64,000 bases of DNA from Halorussus marinus (GTDB taxonomy: Archaea; Halobacteriota; Halobacteria; Halobacteriales; Haladaptataceae): contig NZ_SBIV01000001.1 in the NCBI RefSeq assembly GCF_004765795.1, positions 496,001-560,000 on the forward strand, in the 5' to 3' direction. The notes below the pieces were generated by a model. The model made no database searches. It was not told the DNA's origin and worked only from the letters and a program-made list of their open reading frames with translations. Every line of letters starts with the position of its first letter. The stretch's first letter is position 1. Shown piece by piece: positions 1-9,448 of this stretch. A program made the position numbers and the translations under genes.

Positions 1-3000
1 GGGACCGACTCGGGCGGCGCGTTCCTGTTCTACGGCCCGACGAATCGCAGCGACCTCTCGCTCGCCGACGCGGACGTCACCTTCGAGGCCGAATCGCCCG
101 GCGACTACGCCGGGTTCGCCGTCGAGATCGGCGACATGAACGACGACGGCCGCGCCGACATCGCCGTCGGCGCGCCGCTGACCAACACGAACGGCTACGC
201 GTCGGGCACTACCTACGTGGTGTACGGCGGCGGCCTCCCCGAGGAGGTCCGACTCAAGTTCGCCGACGCCGCCTTCGCCGGCGACGAGGGCGACCGCGCG
301 GGTTGGTCGCTCGCGACCGCCGAGAACGTCACCAACGGGACCCGGGGCCTGCTGATCGGCGCGCCCCAGCACGACGGCAGTGCCCGCGACGCCGGCGCCG
401 CCCACCTCGTCCACATGCCCCGCACGGGCGGGTTCAATCTGTCCCGGGCCAACGCGACCTACCTCGGTGAGGCCGAAGGCGACCTCGCCGGAAGCGCGGT
501 CGCGGTCGCCGACGCCGACAACGACAGCGTCAGCGACGTGCTGATCGGCGCGCCCGGCAACGACTCCGTCGCGCCCGACGCCGGCGCCGCGTACCTGAAA
601 CACGGGCCGCAGTTCAACGGCACGTCGCTGTTGGTGAACGCGCCCGTGAAGTTCCGCGGTCCCGACGCGCAGGCCCAAGCGGGCTTCTCCGTGGCCGACG
701 CCGGCGATATCGACGGCGACGGCCGCGACGAACTCGCGGTCGGCGCGCCGTTCGCCGACAGGGGCGGCCCTGAGACCGGCGCCGCCTACGTCGCCGGCGA
801 GGGGAACCGCTCGCGGATCGTGAACCTCTCGACCGAGGTCGACGCCGCCCTGCCCGGGGCCGGCTCCGGGGACGCCGCCGGCTGGGACGTGGCCGGCGCG
901 GGCGACGTGAACGGCGACGGTTACGACGACCTCCTCGTCGGCGCGCCGTACAACAACAGCACCGTCGGCACCACCGGCGCGGGCTACCTGCTGTACGGCT
1001 CCCAGATCGCGTCCCGACACCCTCTCTCGGGAGCCCACACCAAGCTCCGGGGCAACGAGACCGGCGACCTCGCCGGCTACGCGGTGGCGTCGGGTGCCTT
1101 CGACAACGACTCGGAGACGGACGTGTTCGTCGGCGCGCCGTACGCGAACGCGACCGACCGAACCGACGCGGGCGCCGTCTACGCGGTCGCCGGCGGCTGT
1201 CCGCGCGCCAAGACGACCGCCGACGAGACCGCGACCGAAACCACGACGCCGCCCGAACCCGCCACCGAGGAGCCGACCGCGACGACCGAGCGCCCGACGG
1301 CGACGCCCGGCGAACTGTTCCGGGTTCGGACGTCGTTCGACTGCACCGACGTCACGGTCGCCGCGAGCCAGTTCACCCGGGTGGTGCTGACGTTCGAGGA
1401 CGGGACGACCCAGACGTTTTCGAGCATCTACAGCGGAACGCGGCGGTTCTCCGGAACCGGGCGCAACGCCGGAAAGCTCGTGACCTCGGTGAAGGTGTTC
1501 AACGGCCCGCGGACGTTCGCACTCCGGACCAACGACGTCAGCGACTGCGAGACGCCGACCGAGACGCCGGAACCGCCGTTCTCCCCGAAGGTGTTCTTCC
1601 CGAACTGCGAGGACGCCGTCGTGGACGCGAACCGGTTCGAGTCGGTCACGGTCGTGTTCGGGGACGGCGACCGCCAGAACTTCTACGGGCCGTTCACCGA
1701 CCGGGGACGGTTCAGCGGGACGGGCGCCAACCGGGGCGAGGTGATCAAGCGCGTGATCGTCCGGAGCGCCGACGGCGAGCACGTCACTCGGACCAACCCG
1801 AGCTTCGAGGCCTGCCGCGAGCCCGAGACGACCACCACGACCGAGACCACCACGACCACGACGACCGCCGAACCCACGCCGGTGCCGTTCGAGCCGACGT
1901 TCGACTTCGCGTGTACTCAGGCCGCGGTGGACGCCCACGAGTACGACGCCGTGACGCTGGCGTTCGAGGACGGCGACCGCCAGACGTTCCGCGGTCCGTT
2001 CACCGATCGCGGCGTGTTCTTCGGAACCGACGCGAACCGCAACGAGCTCATCGAGCGCGTGATCGTCCACAGCGACGGCGAGCGGGTGACCCGCCAGAAC
2101 CCCAACTTCGAGGAGTGTCGGGACCGCGAGACGACCACCACCACGACGACCTCGACGATCGAACCGCCGACCCAGACCACCACCGAGACGACGACCACCA
2201 CCACGACGACCGAACCGCGGTCCACGCCCGACGTGACGGCGTCGAACCCCTCGTGCGAGCGGCTCCGACTCCAGAACCCCTCCCGGGAACGGGTCACCGT
2301 CACGGTCATCGAGGAGTCGGGGGTGACAGCCGTCGTGACGCTCGATCCCGGGCAGGTCGAGACCTTCGGGATCGACCCCGGCGAGTACCGACTCGAGGCG
2401 AAGGCCGGCGGGCTCGTCGAGCCCACCCGGCCGGCCACGGTGAACGGGAACGACATCGAGACGATCGGGGTCGAGGCGTGCCCGACGCCGACCACGACCG
2501 AAACTCCCACAACTACGACCACCACGACCGAGACTACTACTACGCCAACCACGACCACGACCGAGACTACTACTACGCCAACCACGACCACGACCGAGAC
2601 CACTACGACCACGACCGAGACAACCACGACTACGACCGAGACCACTACGACTACGACTGAAACGACTACGACCGAGACGACGACCACCACGACGGAGGGG
2701 CCGCCGAGCGCGGAGCCGATCCCGATCGGCGAGGAGATCAACGCCACGCTGGCGGCGGACGAACCGGTCGATCGGTACACGTTCGAGGTCGAGGCGGGGC
2801 AGGCAATTCGCGTGTTCGCCATGGACACCGCGAACCCGAGCCTCAACTACACCCTCTACGGGCCCGACGGGGAGGCGCTCGTCACCGAGGACATAAACTA
2901 CAAGATCTACGATACGCAGGGCGTACTGGCCGAGGAGGGCGGCGAGTACACGATCGAAGTGCGGCGCAACTACGGCGACGGGGCGGGCCCGTACACGATG

Positions 3001-5463
3001 CGCGTAGACATCCGGGACCCCGACGACGTAGAGCCGTTCGAGAACGCCCCGAACGGCGACCGAGCGTCGGCCCTGCCCGTCGGCGAACCGCCGGTCGACC
3101 TGACCGGCGTCGCCGCCGTCGACGAAGAGGACTGGTACGCGGTGAACCTCTCGGCGGGCGAGCGTCTGAACGCGACGGCAACGTTCACCGACTACACCGA
3201 AAGCGCCGGGGAGCGGCTGGCGGTCGGGATTTACGACGGGGAGGGCGACGCCATCGGAGAACTCGGCGAGAGGGACGCCCAAATAATCGTCGGGGGGTAT
3301 ACGATCGTCGAGCGGTTCGGGACCCAACGGGCCGTCACCGACCGCAACGGCACCTACTACGTGCGCGTCTATTCGCCCGAAAACGGGTCGGTCGGCGGGT
3401 TCGCCGAGTACAACCTGACGCTCAGATCGACAGACGTCGGGGCCGACGACACGACGGCGGAGACGACCTCGACAACCGAAACGGAAACGTCGCCGACCGC
3501 CACTACTACCGAACCGACCCCGACGACGACCGACACGACTGAAGCGACAACGACCGAGGCGACAACCGAAACGACGACTGAGGCGACAACCGAAACGACG
3601 ACTGAGGCGACAACCGAAACGACGACTGAGACGACGGCCGAGACCACCACGGCGACGACTGAAGCGACAACCGGGGCCACCACGACGGAAACAACAACCA
3701 CCGAGACGACGAATACCGCACCGGTGGAGGTAGCGTTCGCGTCGTGCGAACGCGTGCGAGTGACCGGCAACCAGCAGTTCCAGCAGGTCAGGCTGACGTT
3801 CGCCGACGACACGTCACAGACGTTCGGCGGGCCGTTCCCGGGGGAAGGGACGTTCTTCGGGACCGACGAAAACGATGGCAAGGTCGTCGAGGAAGTCGCC
3901 GTCCGGCAGGACGGCGAGAGCTACAGCGTCGGGAACCCGTCGCTGGAGAGTTGTCTCGAAGAGACGACGACCGGGACGACCACGGCAGAGACTGCGACGA
4001 CGACCGAGACCACCACGCCAGCGACCGAAACCACCACAGCCGAGACGGTGGCGGATGTAGAGGACGCCGACACGACGACAACGACGACGCCGACCACCAC
4101 GACCGGGACCACCACGACTGAAACAACGACGACGCCAACTACCACGACCGAAACGACGACCACGACTGAAACAACGACCACCACCACCACCACCACGACT
4201 GAAACAACGACCACCACCACCACCACGACTGAAACAACGACCACCACCACCACCACGACTGAAACAACGACCACCACCACGACCGAAACGACGACCACCA
4301 CCACGACGGGACCGGTCGATAGCGACGACGACGGACTGTCGAACGCCCAAGAGCGAGAGCTCGGCACCGATCCCGAGAACCCAGATACGGACGGTGATGG
4401 CTTGCAGGACGGTCGAGAGGTCAACGAACTGGGAACCGATCCGACCAGCGCCGACACCGACGACGACGGGTTAGAGGACGGTCGGGAGGTCGCGGAGTTG
4501 GAGACTGATCCGACGAATTCCGATACGGACGGCGACGGGCTCGTGGACGGTCGAGAGGTCGACGAACTCGGAACCGATCCGACGAACCCGGACACGGACG
4601 ACGACGGCCTGAGCGATAGTCAAGAAATCGAGCGCGGGACGGACCCGACCACCGCCGACACCGACGGCGACGGACTCGACGACGGCCAAGAAGTCGAGCG
4701 CGCCACCGATCCGACCAGCGCCGATACGGACGGTGACGGCCTGCAGGACGGCCGGGAAGCGAACGAATTCGGGACCGATCCGACGAGCGCCGACACCGAT
4801 CAGGACGGTCTCGGGGACGCCGAAGAGATAGATCGGGGAACCGACCCGACCGCCGCCGACACCGACGGCGACGGCGTTCCGGACGGCGAGGACCCGGAGC
4901 CGACCGATCCGAGCGTCCCCGGCGAGGAAACGACGACGACGCCAGCGGCTGAGCAAGACACCGAGATCCCGTCCGTCCAAGAGGAGCCTGCGGTGGTCGA
5001 GGACGTGGCGACGTGTCGGGATCGCGGGCTCGAACCGGCGCTCACGCTCACCGTCGAGGAGGGTGAGTTCACGAACGACACGGCTCGGCGGGTCGCGCCC
5101 GGCGAGTTCGTGTTCCAGATCGACGGCTCCACAGAGGGGCTGACGCTCGTCGACGTGTCGGTCAACGAGAGCCAAGCGCCGGTCGCGGTGACGTTCCGTT
5201 CGACGGTCCCGGTCGACGCGGTGATCGTCAGTGGCGGGCCCAGATCGGCGGTGTACGAGTTCCGCGAGCCGGTCACCGAGCGGGCTAACGTCTCCGCGCC
5301 GCCCCGCGGGGACAGCGACACGGCCCATCGCATCTCGCGGATCCAGTTCTGCTTCGACCCGTCGTCGTTCGAGCAGGTCGCGCCGGCCGATCAGGAGCGC
5401 CGGCACGCCGACGCCGAGCGACGCCGACCGAGTGAGACGGCCCTCGTCGATCGTCCGGTCTGA
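1..5463 (+). CDS. Giant secreted/surface glycoprotein (5' partial): FG-GAP/integrin-alpha beta-propeller repeats, four two-Cys beta modules, PPC-like domains, Thr-rich linkers and TSP3-like Ca-binding repeats
   Basis: Frame 1 is open from base 1. Repeated GD(V/I)(N/D)GDG..DLLVGAP motifs, many DTDxDGLxDGxE repeats at ~4310-4910, poly-Thr linkers and many NxS/T sequons. Confidence 0.9.
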   Translation, partial: GTDSGGAFLFYGPTNRSDLSLADADVTFEAESPGDYAGFAVEIGDMNDDGRADIAVGAPLTNTNGYASGTTYVVYGGGLPEEVRLKFADAAFAGDEGDRAGWSLATAENVTNGTRGLLIGAPQHDGSARDAGAAHLVHMPRTGGFNLSRANATYLGEAEGDLAGSAVAVADADNDSVSDVLIGAPGNDSVAPDAGAAYLKHGPQFNGTSLLVNAPVKFRGPDAQAQAGFSVADAGDIDGDGRDELAVGAPFADRGGPETGAAYVAGEGNRSRIVNLSTEVDAALPGAGSGDAAGWDVAGAGDVNGDGYDDLLVGAPYNNSTVGTTGAGYLLYGSQIASRHPLSGAHTKLRGNETGDLAGYAVASGAFDNDSETDVFVGAPYANATDRTDAGAVYAVAGGCPRAKTTADETATETTTPPEPATEEPTATTERPTATPGELFRVRTSFDCTDVTVAASQFTRVVLTFEDGTTQTFSSIYSGTRRFSGTGRNAGKLVTSVKVFNGPRTFALRTNDVSDCETPTETPEPPFSPKVFFPNCEDAVVDANRFESVTVVFGDGDRQNFYGPFTDRGRFSGTGANRGEVIKRVIVRSADGEHVTRTNPSFEACREPETTTTTETTTTTTTAEPTPVPFEPTFDFACTQAAVDAHEYDAVTLAFEDGDRQTFRGPFTDRGVFFGTDANRNELIERVIVHSDGERVTRQNPNFEECRDRETTTTTTTSTIEPPTQTTTETTTTTTTTEPRSTPDVTASNPSCERLRLQNPSRERVTVTVIEESGVTAVVTLDPGQVETFGIDPGEYRLEAKAGGLVEPTRPATVNGNDIETIGVEACPTPTTTETPTTTTTTTETTTTPTTTTTETTTTPTTTTTETTTTTTETTTTTTETTTTTTETTTTETTTTTTEGPPSAEPIPIGEEINATLAADEPVDRYTFEVEAGQAIRVFAMDTANPSLNYTLYGPDGEALVTEDINYKIYDTQGVLAEEGGEYTIEVRRNYGDGAGPYTMRVDIRDPDDVEPFENAPNGDRASALPVGEPPVDLTGVAAVDEEDWYAVNLSAGERLNATATFTDYTESAGERLAVGIYDGEGDAIGELGERDAQIIVGGYTIVERFGTQRAVTDRNGTYYVRVYSPENGSVGGFAEYNLTLRSTDVGADDTTAETTSTTETETSPTATTTEPTPTTTDTTEATTTEATTETTTEATTETTTEATTETTTETTAETTTATTEATTGATTTETTTTETTNTAPVEVAFASCERVRVTGNQQFQQVRLTFADDTSQTFGGPFPGEGTFFGTDENDGKVVEEVAVRQDGESYSVGNPSLESCLEETTTGTTTAETATTTETTTPATETTTAETVADVEDADTTTTTTPTTTTGTTTTETTTTPTTTTETTTTTETTTTTTTTTTETTTTTTTTTETTTTTTTTTETTTTTTTETTTTTTTGPVDSDDDGLSNAQERELGTDPENPDTDGDGLQDGREVNELGTDPTSADTDDDGLEDGREVAELETDPTNSDTDGDGLVDGREVDELGTDPTNPDTDDDGLSDSQEIERGTDPTTADTDGDGLDDGQEVERATDPTSADTDGDGLQDGREANEFGTDPTSADTDQDGLGDAEEIDRGTDPTAADTDGDGVPDGEDPEPTDPSVPGEETTTTPAAEQDTEIPSVQEEPAVVEDVATCRDRGLEPALTLTVEEGEFTNDTARRVAPGEFVFQIDGSTEGLTLVDVSVNESQAPVAVTFRSTVPVDAVIVSGGPRSAVYEFREPVTERANVSAPPRGDSDTAHRISRIQFCFDPSSFEQVAPADQERRHADAERRRPSETALVDRPV
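2488..2697 (+). repeat. Thr-rich coding low-complexity tandem repeat (TTTTETTTTP)
   Basis: Near-tandem ACCACGACCGAGAC units. Confidence 0.8.
3538..3670 (+). repeat. 24-nt coding tandem repeat (TEATTETT)
   Basis: Repeated ACTGAGGCGACAACCGAAACGACG units. Confidence 0.8.
4108..4307 (+). repeat. ~30-nt coding tandem repeat (ETTTTTTTTT)
   Basis: Repeated ACTGAAACAACGACCACCACCACCACCACG units. Confidence 0.8.
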
Positions 5464-5695
5464 GCCGGCCATCTCCGGCGTCTCGATCGCGAGGGGTATC
5501 AGGCATGTGCGCGATCGGTGGGGAGCGTGCTATTGGACTTCTAGGAATTTTGCTCGGTATTAGCGTAGAACGACGTGCGGGGAGATGATTTTGATCTCTC
5601 TGTATGGGACCACACGTTCTATTTTGGTTAACTCTCCGCATGGGACTTTAGAGATTTAAATCTCGCCCAGTAGTACTACTATGCCACCACAAACA

Positions 5696-5739
5696 GTCCC
5701 ACTTGCGCAAATAAAAGTCCTTATCCAGTTTCGTGGGAC
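5696..5739. other. Putative dif-like Xer recombination site with flanking inverted heptamers
   Basis: GTCCCAC-T-[TGCGCAAATAA AAGTCC TTATCCAGTTT]-C-GTGGGAC. This is an 11-6-11 architecture with the ATAA-N6-TTAT core, upstream of the xer operon. Confidence 0.55.
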
Positions 5740-5777
5740 AAATTGAAATAGCGGGGGTGAGAGCGCCGACACGAGAG

Positions 5778-6191
5778 ATGAGCGACGACGCCGACACCGA
5801 TCGGGCGGTCGTAAAGACCTTCGTCCCGACGTATCAGAAAGACGAGTGGAAGCGAGACGCCGAGGAGCTCGATATGAGCCAGAGCGAGTTCGTCAGAACG
5901 ATGGTACAGGCCGGGAGACGCGACTTCGACCTCGAATCGGACGCCGACGAGTCGGGCGCCCCCGTGGACGGTGCATCTCCGGGGTCAGACCCTGGGGGTC
6001 AGGGCCTCGAAACCCGCCTCCTCGATCGGCTGGATTCGGGCGAGCACCTGTCGTGGGATCAACTGGTCGAAGCGCTCGCGGGCGACTTCGAGGATCGACT
6101 GGAGGAGACCCTCCAGCGACTCCAGAACGAGAACCGCGTCCAGTACAGCGGTCGGGAGGGCGGGTACACGGTGGTCGACGATGGCGAGTAG
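5778..6191 (+). CDS. Conserved haloarchaeal protein with N-terminal ribbon-helix-helix-like and C-terminal wHTH-like regions (DUF5805-like), coupled to xer
   Basis: VKTFVPTYQKDEWKRDAEELDMSQSEFVRTMV RHH pattern. ATG at 5778. Its end overlaps the xer start. Confidence 0.8.
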   Translation: MSDDADTDRAVVKTFVPTYQKDEWKRDAEELDMSQSEFVRTMVQAGRRDFDLESDADESGAPVDGASPGSDPGGQGLETRLLDRLDSGEHLSWDQLVEALAGDFEDRLEETLQRLQNENRVQYSGREGGYTVVDDGE

Positions 6192-7239
6192 CAAGCGCAC
6201 CGAGGCGACCGACCCCGAGGACCCCGTCGGCTACTTCCTCGAAGACCTCCGGTACCACGGCAAGAGCGAGCGGACCCGCGAGGCCTACGCGCGAGTCCTC
6301 CGGGAGTTCGAGTCGTTTCTCGACGATCCGGACCGAAACCCCCGGGGCGAGTCGCTGGCTCCGAGCGGGGCGACCCAGCGCGAGTGCATGGCGTGGGTCC
6401 ACGGGCTCCGGGGCGACCTCGCCGAGAGCACGGTCGCGACCTACGCCTCGTACCTCCACCGGTTTTACGCGTACATGACACAGGTCGGGGCCTTCGACTC
6501 GAATCCGATGGCGCTGGTGGTCGAAGAGATGAACGAGACCATCGACAAGGACCCCACTCGCCGAGAGATCTCGGTCGACCAGATGCGGACGTTCGTCGCG
6601 GGAATCTCGCACCCGCTCGAACGCGCGGTGGTCGCGACGCTTCTCAAAACCGGGATGCGGGTCGGCGAACTCTGCAACCTCGACCTTCGGGACCTCCGGC
6701 TCGCCGGGGCGGCCGACGAGGCGTACGACCTCGGGAACCGGCCCCAACTCGACGGCCGGGGGGACTCGCTGTACGTCGCCGCCGACGTCGGCCGCGGGGA
6801 GGTGGTCAACCGCGAGGAGCGGTCGGCCGCCAACAAGCGAAAGCGCGCCACCGTCGTCCCGGTCGACGACGAACTGTCGGCGATCCTGACTCGATGGCTG
6901 GCGATCCGACCGGACGCGGTCTCGCCCGCCGACCCGCTTTTCGTCAGCACCAGCCGCGAGTGGGGCCGCCGGCTCACGCCCCAGATGGTGCGCAACGTCG
7001 TCGAGACCCACGCCCGCGAGGCCGGGTGGTACCGGACCGGGGGCGGGGCCGAGGAGAACGTGACCCCACACTACTTCCGTCACTTCTTCACGACCCATCT
7101 CCGGGACCGGACCGGCGACCGGGGCATCGTGAAGTATCTCCGGGGCGACGTGGCCGACGACATCATCGACACCTACACCCACAACTGGGGCGACCGGGTC
7201 CGAGAGGTGTACGAAGCGAACGTCTACTCGCTTCGTTGA
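6181..7239 (+). CDS. Tyrosine recombinase, XerA/XerC/D-like
   Basis: TGMRVGELCNL (Arg), NKRK (Lys), HYFRH (HxxR) and a catalytic Tyr in DTYTH. Confidence 0.93.
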   Translation: MASSKRTEATDPEDPVGYFLEDLRYHGKSERTREAYARVLREFESFLDDPDRNPRGESLAPSGATQRECMAWVHGLRGDLAESTVATYASYLHRFYAYMTQVGAFDSNPMALVVEEMNETIDKDPTRREISVDQMRTFVAGISHPLERAVVATLLKTGMRVGELCNLDLRDLRLAGAADEAYDLGNRPQLDGRGDSLYVAADVGRGEVVNREERSAANKRKRATVVPVDDELSAILTRWLAIRPDAVSPADPLFVSTSREWGRRLTPQMVRNVVETHAREAGWYRTGGGAEENVTPHYFRHFFTTHLRDRTGDRGIVKYLRGDVADDIIDTYTHNWGDRVREVYEANVYSLR

Positions 7240-7364
7240 GTGTCGACGAAGAATACTGTCGTCTCCAGCCGGTCACGAAACTGATCACGACACAACGTAT
7301 AAACTTTATCTGGCTATATTATATTCTGGGGTCGCGTCTGATCCGCGAGCGTCGGCCCGCACGG

Positions 7365-7982
7365 TCAGAGCGTCCGGAACACGCGGACCGTGTCTCGCTT
7401 GCCGGGGTCACAGAGGAGTTGGGCCAGTCCCAGCTCCGAGAACACCTCCTTCCAGTTGCGGTGATAGAGCGGGAAGTCGTCGCGGACGCAACTCACCTCG
7501 GCGCCCTCGCGACCGCGTCTGGGGCTGTTGCCCTCGTTTTCGGCCGTGACGAGCAGATCGCCGGTCACTCGCGCGAGGTCTTCGAACACGTCCGTGTTCT
7601 CCGGGTGGACGTGCTGGAGGGTCTCGACCGAGTAGACGACGTCGAAGGCGGCGTCGTCGAACGTCGGGAGCAACTCCTCGATCGGCCCGGTGTGAAACTC
7701 CCCCGCGTCGGCGACCGCCGGGAAGTACTCGGCCATCACGTCGAACGACTCGTCGTTGATGTCGATCCCGGTGAGGTTCTCGAACCCGCGATCGAGGAGG
7801 TGCGCGAGGTGGCGTCCGGAGCTACAGCCTACTTCGAGGATCGCGGCGTCCTCCTCGACGTAGTGGTCCAGCACCGACGCGAGCGTCTCGCTGACTTCGT
7901 TCGGTCCGATCTGGGCGTAGTACTCCGGCGAGAACTCCTCGGTGCGATCGGCCCAGTAGCGGTGGTTGTCCTCGGGGTCCAT
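7365..7982 (-). CDS. Class I SAM-dependent methyltransferase
   Basis: ILEVGCSSGRH motif I, GIDIN and FDVVYSVETLQH. Start taken at MDPEDN. Confidence 0.88.
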   Translation of the reverse strand: MDPEDNHRYWADRTEEFSPEYYAQIGPNEVSETLASVLDHYVEEDAAILEVGCSSGRHLAHLLDRGFENLTGIDINDESFDVMAEYFPAVADAGEFHTGPIEELLPTFDDAAFDVVYSVETLQHVHPENTDVFEDLARVTGDLLVTAENEGNSPRRGREGAEVSCVRDDFPLYHRNWKEVFSELGLAQLLCDPGKRDTVRVFRTL

Positions 7983-8186
7983 ACGCGGTGGTAGTCGACC
8001 GGAGAGTAAAGAGGACGCGGAGTCCGCTCGCCGAAGGCCGACGGAGCCGTGCTCTCGGATCGGCGAGTCGGGGTCCGACGGGTCGGTCCGTAGTCGACGG
8101 TGGTGTGGCGTGTATCTCGATCCGAGCACCCTCGGTTTTGGCGAACCTAAAAATACAAATGCGCGCCCGAACAACCGACCGATAGC

Positions 8187-8900
8187 ATGAACACGGACGC
8201 GGCCAGGACCGAGGACGACGCCGGCGACGACTACACGTTCGACGATCTGAGCGTAGTGATGGGAACCTACAACGAAGAGGCCGCGATCGGATCGGTGCTG
8301 GCCGACATCGAGGCGGTCACCGACGGCCGAGCGGAGGTGGTCTGCGTCGACGGATCGAGCGACCGGACGCCCGATATCGCCCGCGAACACGGCGCTCGCG
8401 TCGTCCGGCAGGAGCCACAGGGGTACGGAGTCGCGGTCCGGGAGGCACTGCTCGCCGCCGATCGACCCGTGGTCGTGACCACCGACTGCGACGACACGTA
8501 TCCGATGGAACAGCTCCCCGAGTTCCTCGAAGCCGTCAACGACGGCTACGACGTGGTCAGCGGCGACCGCCTCTACTGGGGTGCCGACGCGATGCCCGAT
8601 CTGAACCGGTGGGGCAACCACGCGTTCGCCGCGCTCGCGAGCGTTCTGATGGGCGAGCGCGTTCACGACACCACCACGGGGATGCGCGCGTACCGACGGC
8701 GCGTCATCGAAGACATCGCGTGGACCGAGAACACCGGGCTCTCGGCCGAACTCCTGATCCGGCCGCTGATGCGGGGTTACGACGTACGGGAGCTCCCTAT
8801 CGAGTACGACGAGCGGGCGGGCGAGACGAAGCTCGATCCGCTGACCGGCGGCGCGGCGATCGCCAAGTCCGTCGTGAAGGTGTGTCTCGACGAACGGTGA
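8187..8900 (+). CDS. GT2 dolichyl-phosphate hexose transferase (DPM1-like)
   Basis: VVMGTYNEE, VDGSSDRT, TTDCDDTY (DxD), DTTTGMRAY and ERAGETKL. Confidence 0.88.
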   Translation: MNTDAARTEDDAGDDYTFDDLSVVMGTYNEEAAIGSVLADIEAVTDGRAEVVCVDGSSDRTPDIAREHGARVVRQEPQGYGVAVREALLAADRPVVVTTDCDDTYPMEQLPEFLEAVNDGYDVVSGDRLYWGADAMPDLNRWGNHAFAALASVLMGERVHDTTTGMRAYRRRVIEDIAWTENTGLSAELLIRPLMRGYDVRELPIEYDERAGETKLDPLTGGAAIAKSVVKVCLDER

Positions 8901-8968
8901 GTTCGGATTTCGGTCCCGAACCGGGGCGAACGATCAGTCGTCGCTCGTCGTCCGGGAGGACCGGGCGA

Positions 8969-9448
8969 TCACGGGAAGTGACGCGCCAGTAGCTCGGCGT
9001 CCTCACAGCGCGAGGGCACCTCGCCGAACCAATCCGCCTCCCGGATCTCGGTCGCGTCCGCGCCGAGGTCCTCGCCGAGGTCGGGGTCCGCCGCGTGAGC
9101 CTCGAAGACGACGAACTGGCCCGAGGTCGAGTCGCCGCCGTGGACGAACGTCGGCTCGACGACTTCGAGGGGTCGCTCGACTGTCACCGAGAGCCCCGTC
9201 TCCTCTCGGACCTCCCGGACCGCGGCCGATCGGAACGGTTCGCCGGGCGCTGGCTTCCCGCCGGGGAGCACCCAGCCGTCGCTCCACCGGTTGCGAACGA
9301 GCGCGACCCGGCCCGCGCCGTCGCGGACCAGCGCCCGGACCCACCGATCCGGGCCGGCGGCGACGGTCTCGAACTCGCCGGCGTCGAGTCGGACCGTCCG
9401 GGTCGTCGTCGGCACGTCCCAGCGATCCGCGAACGCTTCGCCCGTCAC
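8969..9448 (-). CDS. NUDIX hydrolase
   Basis: Nudix box GGKPAPGEPFRSAAVREVREETG. The GTG start overlaps the upstream stop (GTGA). Confidence 0.85.
   Translation of the reverse strand: MTGEAFADRWDVPTTTRTVRLDAGEFETVAAGPDRWVRALVRDGAGRVALVRNRWSDGWVLPGGKPAPGEPFRSAAVREVREETGLSVTVERPLEVVEPTFVHGGDSTSGQFVVFEAHAADPDLGEDLGADATEIREADWFGEVPSRCEDAELLARHFP

Noticed and set aside
2488..4910. Repeats as a possible CRISPR array
   Set aside because: They are in-frame coding Thr and Ca-binding repeats. No unique spacers and no cas genes.
5971..6180. Long N-terminal extensions in the ORF track (xer, NUDIX, fbp, pyrB, pyrI, thiolase and others)
   Set aside because: They overlap neighbouring genes. Downstream starts fit family N-termini and stop/start coupling.
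5778..7239. The recombinase as a provirus or island integrase
   Set aside because: No adjacent tRNA, viral genes or att pair, and codon usage is host-like.
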